Shown: positions 54,666 to 64,000 of the stretch, piece after piece
Layout: each line of letters starts with the position of its first letter
Position numbering within the stretch: the first letter of the stretch is position 1
Assembly (NCBI GenBank): GCA_045605385.1
Contig: JAZUPW010000013.1
Coordinates: 607-64,606 of the forward strand
Direction: 5' to 3'
DNA: 64,000 nt
DNA from: Acutalibacteraceae bacterium
Lineage (GTDB): Bacteria; Bacillota; Clostridia; Oscillospirales; Acutalibacteraceae
Made by a program: the position numbers and the translations under genes
The notes under the pieces: generated by a model
Told to the model about the DNA's origin: nothing
Seen by the model: only the letters and a program-made list of their open reading frames with translations
Database searches by the model: none

Positions 54666-55770
54666 CGTAGTTCACCTGCCCGTCAAAACTTTTAAGTCCA
54701 ATTCTTAAAGCGTTAATATAAGTTTCTCTTTCTGTTTCGTTTGCTTCTTTTATCCTTATAAGCATTTCGCTTACAAACTTACCCTTAAGTGAGTTTTCTT
54801 TAGAAAGTAATTCAAGGTCTGCCTTTATGCCCGTTCGGTCTTTAAGTTTTAAATGGTACACCTCAGGCGAAACTTTTGCATAAATATCGTTAAGGTTAAC
54901 AACTCTTTTGGCTTCAAGATTACCTTTTAAAGTTACTCTGAAAAGATTATCTATTGGGTTATCGCATACGTTTTTAATAGCATCTTTTATAGCCTTTGCT
55001 TCATCGGTTTCTTCGGAAATATCAACGTCAAGCAGGTAGTGTGTGCGTTTTGCAAGAGGTACAAATTTTAAATCGGCGCTGTTTTTTGTTATATTTCCTA
55101 AGTAAACGCCTTTTTCACCGTCTTCATCATATCCCTGACCTTCAATACAACCGCTGTATGCGAAATAAGAAGAACCAAGCCTTGCAATTTCGCTTCGTTT
55201 GTGGTTGTGTCCAAGCGCAATATAATCCATACCGCTTTCTTCAATAAATGTTTTGGTTATAGATCTGTAAGCCGAAGAAAGGTCGGCTTTGGTTTCGCCG
55301 TGCAAAAGCAGAATGTTTACTTTATCGTCATTTTCAGGGGTAATAAAGAAACGTTCGCTTCCTGTTTTATAAACACTTCCAAACGAACTTCCGTATATTC
55401 TGCAGTTATCAAATTCCAATACGCTGTCGTTTTCGGGAAGTACAAAAGTATTTGCAGATAACTTTTTGTTTTTAAATGGCGAATCGGCGGTAAGCGGGTC
55501 GTGGTTGCCAAGCGCAATTACAACCTTTGTGCGTGTAAGCTGACCGAATATTTCTAAAATTTCATTTATAATACTGTCTTCAATTCTGTTGCTGTCAAAA
55601 AGGTCGCCTGCAATAAGCATAACGTCAACATTTTCTTCTTCGCAAAGCATTACCGCACGTTTAACCGTAACGGGAATTTCATATTTTCGCGCGTCTTTCA
55701 TAGCGCCTAAATATGTGTTTTCCTTTCCTAAATGCCAGTCGGCAGTATGTAAAATACGAACACTGTGCAT
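54655..55770 (-). CDS. SbcD/Mre11-like metallophosphoesterase nuclease (YhaO-like)
   Basis: Motifs HTADWHLG, AGDLFD, GNHD, LLHG and GHNH. Overlaps the ATPase gene by 11 nt. Confidence 0.8.
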   Translation of the reverse strand: MHSVRILHTADWHLGKENTYLGAMKDARKYEIPVTVKRAVMLCEEENVDVMLIAGDLFDSNRIEDSIINEILEIFGQLTRTKVVIALGNHDPLTADSPFKNKKLSANTFVLPENDSVLEFDNCRIYGSSFGSVYKTGSERFFITPENDDKVNILLLHGETKADLSSAYRSITKTFIEESGMDYIALGHNHKRSEIARLGSSYFAYSGCIEGQGYDEDGEKGVYLGNITKNSADLKFVPLAKRTHYLLDVDISEETDEAKAIKDAIKNVCDNPIDNLFRVTLKGNLEAKRVVNLNDIYAKVSPEVYHLKLKDRTGIKADLELLSKENSLKGKFVSEMLIRIKEANETERETYINALRIGLKSFDGQVNYGED

Positions 55771-55914
55771 AAAATATCCCCCAAAAACATATAATATATT
55801 TTTATTATATAATCTTTTGTTTGGTAAAGCAATAAAATTTTATTAAGAAATATTGCCAATACGCCACTTTTGTTGTATAATATACTAATAAATTATATTT
55901 TTTTGGTGGAACTT

Positions 55915-56109
55915 ATGGATGTAAGAACAGGCGATAAACTTATTATGAAGAAAAAGCACCCCTGCGGAAGTGAGATCTTCCTTGTAACCAGAATAGGATT
56001 GGATTTTAAAATCAAATGTGTAAACTGCGGTAGGGAAGTAATGCTTACGCGTGTTAAGTGCGAAAAGAATATTAAAAAAATAATTCGTGAGGAAGAAGAC
56101 AATGTTTGA
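55915..56109 (+). CDS. DUF951-family small protein
   Basis: MDVRTGDKLIMKKKHPCGSEIFLVTRIGLDFKIKCVNCGREVMLTRVKCEKNIKKII matches the DUF951 pattern (KK.HPCGS...R.G.D..IKC..CG). I place the start at ATG 55915, after ggtgga. Confidence 0.75.
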   Translation: MDVRTGDKLIMKKKHPCGSEIFLVTRIGLDFKIKCVNCGREVMLTRVKCEKNIKKIIREEEDNV

Positions 56110-57178
56110 ACAACTTACAGCGGTTGAATCCCGTTTTGAAGAAATCGGAATGTTGCTTACACGTCCTGAGGTGGTTTCCGATTCCGAAAGATATACGTCG
56201 CTTAGCAAAGAATATGCGCAGATTTCACCTCTTGTAGAAACCTACAGAAAGTATACGGCTGCAAAGAAAACCGAAGAAGAAGCAAAAGAACTTTTAGATG
56301 CAGGTTCGCTTGATAAAGATTTTAAGGAACTTGTTGAGCAAGAGTATCTTGCCGCTAAAGAAGATATTGCCGTGCTTAGCGATGAACTTAAAATTCTGCT
56401 TTTGCCTAAAGATCCTAATGATGATAAAAACGTTATTGTTGAAATACGCGCGGGTGCAGGCGGTGAAGAGGCTGCACTTTTTGCGGGTTCGCTTTACCGT
56501 ATGTATTCAATGTATGCTGAAAAGCAACGTTGGGGTGTTGAAGTTATAAACGAAAACGAAACCGAACTTGGCGGTTATAAAGAAATTTCTTTTTCTATTG
56601 AGGGAAGCGGCGCTTATTCACGCCTTAAATATGAAAGCGGTGTCCACCGTGTTCAGCGTGTTCCCGATACAGAAACACAGGGACGTATACACACTTCAAC
56701 CGTAACAGTTGCGGTGCTTCCCGAAGCCGCTGAGGTTGAGTTTGAACTTGATCCTAAAGATTTAAAAATAGATACTTTCCGTTCAAGCGGTGCGGGTGGT
56801 CAGCATATTAACAAAACGTCTTCGGCTATTCGCGTTACTCATTTACCTACGGGTATGGTGGTTGAATGTCAGGATGAGCGAAGCCAGTTCAAAAACAAAG
56901 ATAAAGCCTTAAAGGTGCTTCGTTCACGCCTTTATGAAATTGAACAGAACAAGCAAAAAGAAGCAATAGATGAATCCCGCAGGACTCAGGTTGGTACGGG
57001 AGACAGAAGCGAAAGAATAAGAACTTATAATTTTCCGCAAGGAAGATTAACCGACCACAGAATAGGTCTTACACTTTATAAATTGGATACTGTAATGAAC
57101 GGAGCAATAGATGAAATTATTGATGCGTTAATTACTTATTACAGAACAGAAATGTTAAAGGAAAACACCACGGAATAA
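56102..57178 (+). CDS. prfA: peptide chain release factor 1
   Basis: GGQ motif (SGAGGQHINKTSSAIRVTHLPTG) and an RF1-type recognition-loop region (VQRVPDTETQGRIHTS). I place the start at MFEQL (ATG 56102). Confidence 0.93.
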   Translation: MFEQLTAVESRFEEIGMLLTRPEVVSDSERYTSLSKEYAQISPLVETYRKYTAAKKTEEEAKELLDAGSLDKDFKELVEQEYLAAKEDIAVLSDELKILLLPKDPNDDKNVIVEIRAGAGGEEAALFAGSLYRMYSMYAEKQRWGVEVINENETELGGYKEISFSIEGSGAYSRLKYESGVHRVQRVPDTETQGRIHTSTVTVAVLPEAAEVEFELDPKDLKIDTFRSSGAGGQHINKTSSAIRVTHLPTGMVVECQDERSQFKNKDKALKVLRSRLYEIEQNKQKEAIDESRRTQVGTGDRSERIRTYNFPQGRLTDHRIGLTLYKLDTVMNGAIDEIIDALITYYRTEMLKENTTE

Positions 57179-57179
57179 T

Positions 57180-58199
57180 ATGGAAACTAAAAGACTGTTA
57201 ATGGGTGAAAATAAAGAAAAAAGCATAAAAACAGCCGCCGAAATTCTTAATAACGGCGGTGTGGTTGCTATGCCCACAGAAACAGTTTACGGTCTTGCCG
57301 CAAGTGCTTATGACAGTTCTGCAATAGAAAAAGTTTTTATTGCTAAAGGCAGACCGCAGGATAACCCCTTAATAGTTCATATTGCCCATTATGAAACCCT
57401 TAAGGAAATTGCTTGTGATATTCCGCAAAAAGCGTTGGAGTGCGCAACTGTTTTCTGGCCTGGGCCTTTTACAATGGTATTAAAAAGAACTCAAAGGATT
57501 GCGCCTTGTGTGGCAGGGGGACTTGATACCGTTGCTGTGCGAATGCCGAATAATGACATCGCTTTAAGTCTTATAAAGGAAAGCGGTCTTGCGTTGGCGG
57601 CACCTTCGGCAAACTCTTCGGGAAAACCAAGCCCCACAACCGCTCATCACGTTTTAGCCGATTTAGACGGAAAAATTGATGCCGTAATAATGGGTGAAAG
57701 AAGCGGTGTAGGGGTTGAATCTACAGTGGTTTCTTTTGTCTGTGAAAAACCTCGTTTGCTTCGCCCGGGCGCTGTAACGCTTGAACAGTTAAAAGAAATT
57801 ATTCCCGAAATAGAGGTAGATAAAGCGGTGCTTTCTTCGCCTAAAGAAGGGGAAAAAGTATCTTCACCGGGTATGAAGTATAAGCACTATGCACCAAAAT
57901 GCGAACTTTATTTAGTAGAAGCTGATATTAGTGATTTTGCTAAGTTTGTTAACGAAAAAAACGACGGCGTTGCTTTATGTTTCAGCGAAGAAAAAGAACA
58001 TATATGCACACAAAGTATTGTTTACGGAAGTAAAGAAAACCCCGAAAGTTTAGCTTATAAATTGTTTGATATTTTAAGGGAACTTGATTTAAAGGGTATA
58101 GAAAGAGGTTACGTACACGCTCCCGAAAAAAGCGGTGTAGGACTTGCGGTTTACAACAGGCTTATACGCGCTTGCGGTTATAAGGTGATTAAGCTATGA
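57180..58199 (+). CDS. tsaC: L-threonylcarbamoyladenylate synthase (TsaC/Sua5 with C-terminal Sua5 domain)
   Basis: YrdC-like motifs (GGVVAMPTETVYGLAA, KGRPQDNPLIVH, SANSSGKPSPTTA) plus the Sua5 C-domain. Length 339 aa. Confidence 0.9.
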   Translation: METKRLLMGENKEKSIKTAAEILNNGGVVAMPTETVYGLAASAYDSSAIEKVFIAKGRPQDNPLIVHIAHYETLKEIACDIPQKALECATVFWPGPFTMVLKRTQRIAPCVAGGLDTVAVRMPNNDIALSLIKESGLALAAPSANSSGKPSPTTAHHVLADLDGKIDAVIMGERSGVGVESTVVSFVCEKPRLLRPGAVTLEQLKEIIPEIEVDKAVLSSPKEGEKVSSPGMKYKHYAPKCELYLVEADISDFAKFVNEKNDGVALCFSEEKEHICTQSIVYGSKENPESLAYKLFDILRELDLKGIERGYVHAPEKSGVGLAVYNRLIRACGYKVIKL

Positions 58200-58783
58200 A
58201 ATTGATTATAGGTTTAACGGGCCCTACGGGTTCGGGAAAAACAACGGCGATTGAAGTGGCAGAACAAAAAGGCTTTTTGTGTATTGATTGTGATAAAGTT
58301 GCACACAACGTTACGCAGAACAATAAACTGTGTTTTACTTCTCTTGTTAACACTTTTGGCGAAGATATTGCCGAAAACGGTGTTTTAAACAGAAAAAAAC
58401 TTGCCGAAAAAGCATTTTTAAATAAAGAGAACACACTTCTTTTAAACCAAACCGTATTACCTTTTATTGTTGGTGAAATTCTTTTTATAATAGAAAACAG
58501 TAAAGAGGATAAAATATTACTTGATGCACCAACCCTTGTTGAAAGCGGTTTAAACGAAGTATGCAACTGTGTTATTTCGGTGCTTTGCGACAGAAAAATA
58601 CGAAAAAACCGAATTATAAAACGCGACAATTTAAGTGAAGAAGCGGCAGAAAAACGCTTGAATGCGGGAAAAGATAACGCTTTTTATGAAAAGTATTCAG
58701 ATTATTTGATTTATAATGAAAACAACAGTGAAGAATTTAAACAGCAAATAAGTAATATATTAGATATAATGACGGAGGAATAA
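58196..58783 (+). CDS. coaE: dephospho-CoA kinase
   Basis: P-loop IGLTGPTGSGKTT at the N-terminus. 195 aa. Overlaps the tsaC stop. Confidence 0.88.
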   Translation: MKLIIGLTGPTGSGKTTAIEVAEQKGFLCIDCDKVAHNVTQNNKLCFTSLVNTFGEDIAENGVLNRKKLAEKAFLNKENTLLLNQTVLPFIVGEILFIIENSKEDKILLDAPTLVESGLNEVCNCVISVLCDRKIRKNRIIKRDNLSEEAAEKRLNAGKDNAFYEKYSDYLIYNENNSEEFKQQISNILDIMTEE

Positions 58784-58785
58784 TT

Positions 58786-60183
58786 ATGAGCGAAAAAAGT
58801 AAAGCGCAACTTTTAAAGGAAAAATTAGCAATATCTAAGAAAAACGGCCTTTTAAAGGCAGATGATGAAACAATAAAAAATGCATTTGATTTTTGCGAAG
58901 ATTATAAGGATTTTTTAAATAACGCAAAAACCGAACGTGAAGCCGCAAAATGCGCAGTAGAAATTGCAGAAAAGTCGGGCTTTGTACCTTTTGAGTACGG
59001 TAAAAAGTATAATGCGGGTGATAAGGTTTATTTTAACAACCGCGGAAAAACCGTTGCTTTTGCCGTTATTGGTAAAAAAGACGTTGAAAAGGGAATAAGG
59101 CTTACTGCCGCGCACATAGATTCTCCACGTCTTGATTTAAAACCTAATCCGCTTTACGAAGATACCGATTTAGCGCTTTTCAAAACCCACTATTACGGCG
59201 GTATTAAGAAATATCAGTGGACGGCAATTCCTTTGGCTATACACGGTGTTTTCACCTTAAAGGGCGGAAAAACGGTAGAGGTTAAAATTGGCGAAGAAGA
59301 AAACGAACCTAAGTTTGTTGTAAACGATTTATTACCGCATTTGGCGGCGGAACAAAGCAAACGTACCTTAAACGAAGGTATTAAAGGTGAAGAACTTAAC
59401 GTGCTTGTAGGCAGCGTGCCTTTTAAAGACGATAAAGAAAGCGAACTTGTTAAACTTAACATTTTAAGCCTTCTTAATGAAAAGTACGGCATTGTAGAAG
59501 AAGATTTCCTTGCCGCAGAGTTAGAGGTTGTACCTGCTTTCAAGGCTTGTGATATTGGTTTTGATAGAGGTCTTATAGGCGCTTACGGTCAGGATGACAG
59601 AGTTTGCGCATACCCCGCACTTAAGGCAATTTGCGATATTAAAAATCCCGAACTTACTGCAATAGCAATTCTTGCCGATAAGGAAGAAATAGGTTCTGAG
59701 GGCAATACGGGTCTTAATTCGGCATTTGTAAAATACGTTATTGGCGATATTGCAAAAATGCAAGGCTGTGATGTTACAATAGCGCTTAGAAATACAAAGT
59801 GTCTTTCTGCCGACGTTAATGCAGGTACTGACCCCACGTTTAAAGACGTTGTAGAGCCAAGAAACGCTTGCTATCTAAACTACGGTGTTTGTGTTACAAA
59901 GTATACGGGCGCAAGAGGAAAAACTTCAACGAACGATGCTTCAAGCGAATACGTTGGTTTTGTAAGAGATCTTCTTGATAACGCGGGTGTTGCCTGGCAA
60001 ACGGGCGAACTTGGCCGTGTGGATTTAGGCGGCGGCGGAACAGTTGCTATGTATATTGCAAACTTAGGCGCCGACGTAATAGATTTAGGCGTTCCCGTAC
60101 TTTCAATGCACGCACCCTTTGAAACAACGGCAAAGTTTGACGTTTATATGTGCTATAGAGCAATGTATGAATTCTGTTCATAA
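58786..60183 (+). CDS. M18-family aminopeptidase (aspartyl aminopeptidase-like)
   Basis: 465 aa. Contains AAHIDSPRLDLKPNP, DDRVCAY, DKEEIGS and SMHAPFE motifs typical of M18/M42-clan enzymes. Confidence 0.8.
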   Translation: MSEKSKAQLLKEKLAISKKNGLLKADDETIKNAFDFCEDYKDFLNNAKTEREAAKCAVEIAEKSGFVPFEYGKKYNAGDKVYFNNRGKTVAFAVIGKKDVEKGIRLTAAHIDSPRLDLKPNPLYEDTDLALFKTHYYGGIKKYQWTAIPLAIHGVFTLKGGKTVEVKIGEEENEPKFVVNDLLPHLAAEQSKRTLNEGIKGEELNVLVGSVPFKDDKESELVKLNILSLLNEKYGIVEEDFLAAELEVVPAFKACDIGFDRGLIGAYGQDDRVCAYPALKAICDIKNPELTAIAILADKEEIGSEGNTGLNSAFVKYVIGDIAKMQGCDVTIALRNTKCLSADVNAGTDPTFKDVVEPRNACYLNYGVCVTKYTGARGKTSTNDASSEYVGFVRDLLDNAGVAWQTGELGRVDLGGGGTVAMYIANLGADVIDLGVPVLSMHAPFETTAKFDVYMCYRAMYEFCS

Positions 60184-60353
60184 AAAGCTATAGGATTTTT
60201 ATGAACAGCGATATAAAAGGAGTTTCGATATATCTTTACAGATGCGATATACGCTTACGCGCGCGATATGTTCTTTTATGAAAACGAGAACGGGAGATTA
60301 TATGTAGGAACAGGCATCTTCGACTGTCCGTTTATATCCACAATCACAACAAC

Positions 60354-60383
60354 AAAAGGTTTCGCATTTCTGCGAAACCTTTT
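60354..60383. terminator. bidirectional hairpin terminator related to the 3306/5658 hairpins
   Basis: aaaaggtttcgca tttc tgcgaaacctttt shares the aaggtttcgca/tgcgaaacctt arms with the two dockerin-gene terminators. Located between convergent genes. Confidence 0.75.
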
Positions 60384-60403
60384 ATAAAAATATATTATAA
60401 CCG

Positions 60404-61528
60404 CTATAATAATTCAAGTAACGCTTCGGTATATTCTTTTGCCGTGGCGTTTTCTTTTGTGCCGTCTACAATTACCGTGCAATCTTTAAGAGCATTTTCT
60501 AAATTTTCAGCCTTTTTGGTAAAACTTATGTGGCGAAGCATCATAGCGGTGGCTTTAAGTATGCTTTGCGGATTTGCATATTCTGCCAGACCTTCTTCCA
60601 CCATACGAGGAGCCGAGCCGTGGATTGCTTCAAACATAGCGTAATTATCGCCTGTGTTAGCGCTTCCCGCTGTACCTACACCGCCTTGAATCTGCGCCGC
60701 TTCATCGGTAATAATATCGCCGTAAAGGTTAGGAAGTAAAAATACCTGAAACTTGTTTCTTATGGCAGTGTTTACAAGGTTGGCGGTCATAATGTCAATA
60801 TACCAGTCTTCCGCCTGTATTTCAGGATAATCAGCGGCAACCTCGTGACAAAGGGCGCTGAACTTACCGTCGGGTTTCTTCATTATGTTTGCTTTGGTAA
60901 CAATGGCAACCTGTGTTTTGCCGTTTTGTTTTGCATATTCAAAAGCCGCTTTTGCTATACGTTTTGTGCCGCAATCGGTGGTTACTTTAAAGTCCATAGC
61001 AAGTTTGTTTTCAATTTCAATACCGCTTGAACCTAATACGTATTCACCTTCGGTATTTTCGCGGTAAAATATCCAATCAATACCTTCTTCGGCAATTTCT
61101 ACGGGGCGTATGTTTGCATATAAGTCAAGTTCTCTGCGAAGTGCTACGTTTGCACTTTCCATTTTACCGCCCTTAGGTGTGGTGGTAGGACCTTTAAGCA
61201 GTACGTCACATTCTTTAATTGCGGCAAGGGTATCACTCGGCACTGCCTGTCCTTTTTCTAAACGGTTTTCAATGGTTAAGCCTTCAATTTCTTTTAACAC
61301 TATTTTACCGCTTTTAATTTCTTCTGCCAAAAGGGTATTTAAAACCTTTCTTGCCTGATTCATAATAACGGGACCAATGCCGTCACCGTCAATAAGACCT
61401 ATTTTAATGCAGTCAAGTGTGGTGAAGTCTTTGGCTTTACTGCCTTTTTCCATTTCTTCTTCTCGGGCAATTTGCTGTCTTAAAATTTTTTCGTAATGTA
61501 GGACAGCCGCTTTAATCTGTGCTTCCAT
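60404..61528 (-). CDS. isocitrate/isopropylmalate dehydrogenase-family enzyme, probable isocitrate dehydrogenase
   Basis: Contains NLYGDIITDEAAQIQGGVGTAGSAN (the family signature NL.GDI.SD) and RENTEGEY. Co-operonic with aconitase. Confidence 0.75.
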   Translation of the reverse strand: MEAQIKAAVLHYEKILRQQIAREEEMEKGSKAKDFTTLDCIKIGLIDGDGIGPVIMNQARKVLNTLLAEEIKSGKIVLKEIEGLTIENRLEKGQAVPSDTLAAIKECDVLLKGPTTTPKGGKMESANVALRRELDLYANIRPVEIAEEGIDWIFYRENTEGEYVLGSSGIEIENKLAMDFKVTTDCGTKRIAKAAFEYAKQNGKTQVAIVTKANIMKKPDGKFSALCHEVAADYPEIQAEDWYIDIMTANLVNTAIRNKFQVFLLPNLYGDIITDEAAQIQGGVGTAGSANTGDNYAMFEAIHGSAPRMVEEGLAEYANPQSILKATAMMLRHISFTKKAENLENALKDCTVIVDGTKENATAKEYTEALLELL

Positions 61529-63456
61529 TAACCATTCTCCTTAGTATAGGCAAGAAGACTTCCTGCCTTAAGTATTGCTTTTTGACGAGAGGTAAATGAA
61601 CATAAAAGTTTTATTTCTGTTTCTTTGCCTTGTACTTTTAATGTCATTTCACCTTTGTCCATACCTTCAAAAATGTTATCGATTACTAAAATATCGTTTT
61701 CATTTAGTTTATCGTAATCATCGGCATTTGCAAAGGTTAGAGGCATAATACCTGCATTAATAAGGTTTGCAATGTGTATTCTTGCAAAACTTTTGGCAAT
61801 TACGGCGCGTACACCTAAATACATAGGAACAAGGGCGGCGTGTTCACGCGAAGAACCCTGACCGTAGTTACTGCCGCCTACAACAATGCTTCTGCCTGCC
61901 GCTTTAGCGCGTTCGGGGAAGGTTTTATCGCAAACACCGAAACAGAACTGCGAAAGGTGAGGAATGTTGCTTCTGAAGGGCAGAATTTTTGCGCCCGCAG
62001 GCATAATGTGGTCAGTAGTAATGTTATCGCCCACTTTTAAAGTAAGGTTGGCTGTAAGGCTGTCTTCTGTTGGTACAGCCTTGGGAAATTCTTTAATATT
62101 TGGGCCGCGCAGCACTTCAACGCTTTTTGCATCTTCAACACTTGCGGGAGCCAGAATTGCGCTGTCGTTAACTTTAAATGCTTCGGGAATAACTATTTCG
62201 GGCATTTTACCTAAAGTGCGTGGATCGGTAATAACACCCGTGAGCGCAGCAGCAACCGCAGTTTCGGGAGATACAAGATAAACACCTGCATCTGCCGTAC
62301 CGCTTCTGCCTTCAAAGTTTCGGTTAAAGGTTCTAAGCGAAACACCTGCGCTGTTTGGAGAAAATCCCATACCTATGCAAGGACCGCAAGCACATTCAAG
62401 AACTCTTGCTCCCGCAGAAATAATTTTAGAAAGAGCGCCGCAATCGCTAAGCATAGAAAATACCTGTTTAGAACCGGGGGATACCGACATACTAACATTG
62501 TCTGAAATAGTTTTACTATCAAGTAATGCGGCAACCTTAAGCATATCTAAAAGTGAAGAGTTGGTGCATGAACCAACACAAACCTGATCAACCTTAGTAC
62601 CCGCAATGCTGCTTACGGTAACAACGTTATCGGGGCTGTGAGGACACGCAATAAGCGGTTCAAGTTCAGATAAATTAATATCAATAATTTTATCGTAAAC
62701 AGCGTCTTCATCACTGCTAAGAGGAGTAAAATCTGCCTCTCTGCCTTCTTTTTTAAGGAAGTCAAGTGTGATTTCATCACTTGGGAATATAGAGGTGGTA
62801 GCACCAAGTTCAGTGCCCATATTGGTAATGGTGGCGCGTTCGGGAACCGAAAGTGTTTTAATGCCTTCGCCGCCCCATTCAATAATAGCGCCCACACCGC
62901 CTTTTACCGAAAGTATACGTAGTATTTCAAGGCTCACGTCTTTTGCGGTAACAAAATCGTTTAATTTACCCGTAAGATTAACCTTGTACATTTTGGGCAT
63001 TGTTATATAATAAGCACCGCCGCCCATAGCAACGGCAACGTCTAAGCCGCCTGCACCAAAGGCAAGCATACCAATTCCTCCGCCGGTTGGTGTGTGGCTG
63101 TCGGAACCTATAAGAGTTTTTCCTGGGATACCGAAACGCTCTAAATGTACCTGATGGCAAATACCGTTACCGGGGCGTGAAAAATAAATACCGTGTTTTT
63201 TGGCAACCGACTGTATATAACGGTGGTCATCGGCGTTTTCAAAACCCGACTGTAAAGTGTTGTGGTCTATGTAAGCAACACTTTTTTCGGTTTTAACACG
63301 TTCAACACCCATGGTTTCAAATTCAAGGTATGCCATAGTTCCCGTGGCATCCTGTGTTAAAGTCTGGTCTATTTTAAGGGCGATTTCATTTCCTGCAATC
63401 ATTTCGCCGCTTATTAAATGTGATTTTATGATTTTCTGTGCTATTGTAAGTCCCAT
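61528..63456 (-). CDS. aconitate hydratase (aconitase family, ~640-aa form)
   Basis: I place the start at MGLTIAQKII (ATG 63456, RBS gggaga). Fe-S ligand contexts are IGSDSHT, VGSCTNS and CGPCIGMG. A C-terminal swivel domain is present (GGSNYGQGSSREHAA). Confidence 0.88.
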   Translation of the reverse strand: MGLTIAQKIIKSHLISGEMIAGNEIALKIDQTLTQDATGTMAYLEFETMGVERVKTEKSVAYIDHNTLQSGFENADDHRYIQSVAKKHGIYFSRPGNGICHQVHLERFGIPGKTLIGSDSHTPTGGGIGMLAFGAGGLDVAVAMGGGAYYITMPKMYKVNLTGKLNDFVTAKDVSLEILRILSVKGGVGAIIEWGGEGIKTLSVPERATITNMGTELGATTSIFPSDEITLDFLKKEGREADFTPLSSDEDAVYDKIIDINLSELEPLIACPHSPDNVVTVSSIAGTKVDQVCVGSCTNSSLLDMLKVAALLDSKTISDNVSMSVSPGSKQVFSMLSDCGALSKIISAGARVLECACGPCIGMGFSPNSAGVSLRTFNRNFEGRSGTADAGVYLVSPETAVAAALTGVITDPRTLGKMPEIVIPEAFKVNDSAILAPASVEDAKSVEVLRGPNIKEFPKAVPTEDSLTANLTLKVGDNITTDHIMPAGAKILPFRSNIPHLSQFCFGVCDKTFPERAKAAGRSIVVGGSNYGQGSSREHAALVPMYLGVRAVIAKSFARIHIANLINAGIMPLTFANADDYDKLNENDILVIDNIFEGMDKGEMTLKVQGKETEIKLLCSFTSRQKAILKAGSLLAYTKENG

Positions 63457-63457
63457 T

Positions 63458-64000
63458 TTAGTTTTCTCCCAATAATATGTGTTCGTAAGCCTTTTTAATG
63501 TGCTCTGCCATTTTTTGTTCGGCAAGTTCACTGTTTCCCGCAACAATTGCTTCGTAAATTTCGCGGTGTTCATTTGCCGAATTTACGGCGCGAACATTAC
63601 TTTCAACAGAAGTCTTTCTGAATTTAAGTACCTTTTTATGAAGCGGCATAAGTGTATCGAACAATACTTTACTGCCACTGCAAATATAAACTATTTCGTG
63701 AAAACGGCTGTCAAACTGGCGTATATGGTTGGCATCTTTTTTACTAACGTAAAACTCCTGAAGTTCAACGGCTTCTTTAAGTTCTTCAAGTTGTGCGCTT
63801 GTTGCATTCTGCGCGGCAAGAGCCGCCGCCATACCTTCAATACGGGTGCGTATTGCGTAAATATCCTTTAAGTCATTTTTATCAATACCAAGAACAATAC
63901 TGCCTTTTCCGCTTTCCTCAATTATATGTTCTTGCGAAAGGCGGCGCAAAGCTTCTCTTATAGGGGTACGGCTTACGCCCAATTCTTCGCAGAGTTTAAG
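63458..64000 (-). CDS. GntR-family (FadR/FCD subfamily) transcriptional regulator, 5' end beyond window
   Basis: The reading frame stays open to base 64000 (…LKLCEELGVSRTPIREALRRL is the wHTH recognition region). A C-terminal FCD helical domain follows. Confidence 0.8.
   Translation of the reverse strand, partial: LKLCEELGVSRTPIREALRRLSQEHIIEESGKGSIVLGIDKNDLKDIYAIRTRIEGMAAALAAQNATSAQLEELKEAVELQEFYVSKKDANHIRQFDSRFHEIVYICSGSKVLFDTLMPLHKKVLKFRKTSVESNVRAVNSANEHREIYEAIVAGNSELAEQKMAEHIKKAYEHILLGEN

Noticed and set aside
52317-55770. Nuclease + SMC-like ATPase pair as an anti-phage defence system (Lamassu/Wadjet/Gabija-like)
   Set aside because: The architecture (Mre11-type metallophosphoesterase plus a membrane-hairpin ATPase with overlapping genes) matches the conserved YhaO/YhaN housekeeping pair. 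The pair is embedded among core genes (trkAH, prfA) with no other defence genes.
1-64000. CRISPR arrays, tRNA/rRNA genes, transposases, integrases and prophage genes
   Set aside because: None were seen. There are no regularly spaced 25-40-bp direct repeats, no cloverleaf-like or rRNA-like segments in the intergenic regions, and no ORF with recombinase or transposase motifs.

Overview
This is a 64-kb chromosomal window from a low-GC, spore-forming Clostridia-type Firmicute. The sporulation call rests on gpr and spoIIP. Three proteins carry type-I dockerins, so a cellulosome-producing Ruminococcaceae/Oscillospiraceae-like organism is inferred. I support about 55 CDS, two riboswitch-class leaders, several consensus sigma-A promoters and hairpin terminators. 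I saw no rRNA, tRNA, CRISPR array, transposase or recombinase. The core blocks are asnB; apbE plus a NusG-II/Gx-transporter pair; secA; an L-box-controlled dapH-lysA operon; thrE-like pair; yfhO; rpmH-rnpA-yidD-yidC-jag; rpsT-gpr-spoIIP; gdhA; a T-box-controlled thrS; uxaC; trkH-trkA; a yhaO/yhaN-like nuclease-ATPase pair; prfA-tsaC-coaE; and a GntR-aconitase-isocitrate dehydrogenase operon. There are two accessory-looking parts. (i) Region 1-10.5 kb holds two giant dockerin-bearing metallophosphoesterases and a dockerin-bearing BspA-type LRR protein with a LysR regulator. (ii) Region 17-27.6 kb holds a 290-bp palindromic element, an SD-sequestered 61-aa membrane peptide, GH20-like and GH37-like genes, an AraC regulator with tandem metallophosphoesterase paralogs, and an AT-rich rearranged segment. 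In that segment a 235-bp direct repeat of the trehalase 5' end brackets a cassette made of an orphan cysteine-peptidase fragment plus unknown membrane proteins. Next to it sits a secreted ricin-lectin protein. The leads I rate highest are the dockerin-tagged phosphoesterase family, the palindromic element plus gated small peptide downstream of secA, and the repeat-bracketed cassette. All functional calls come from motif recognition by eye. No database search was run.
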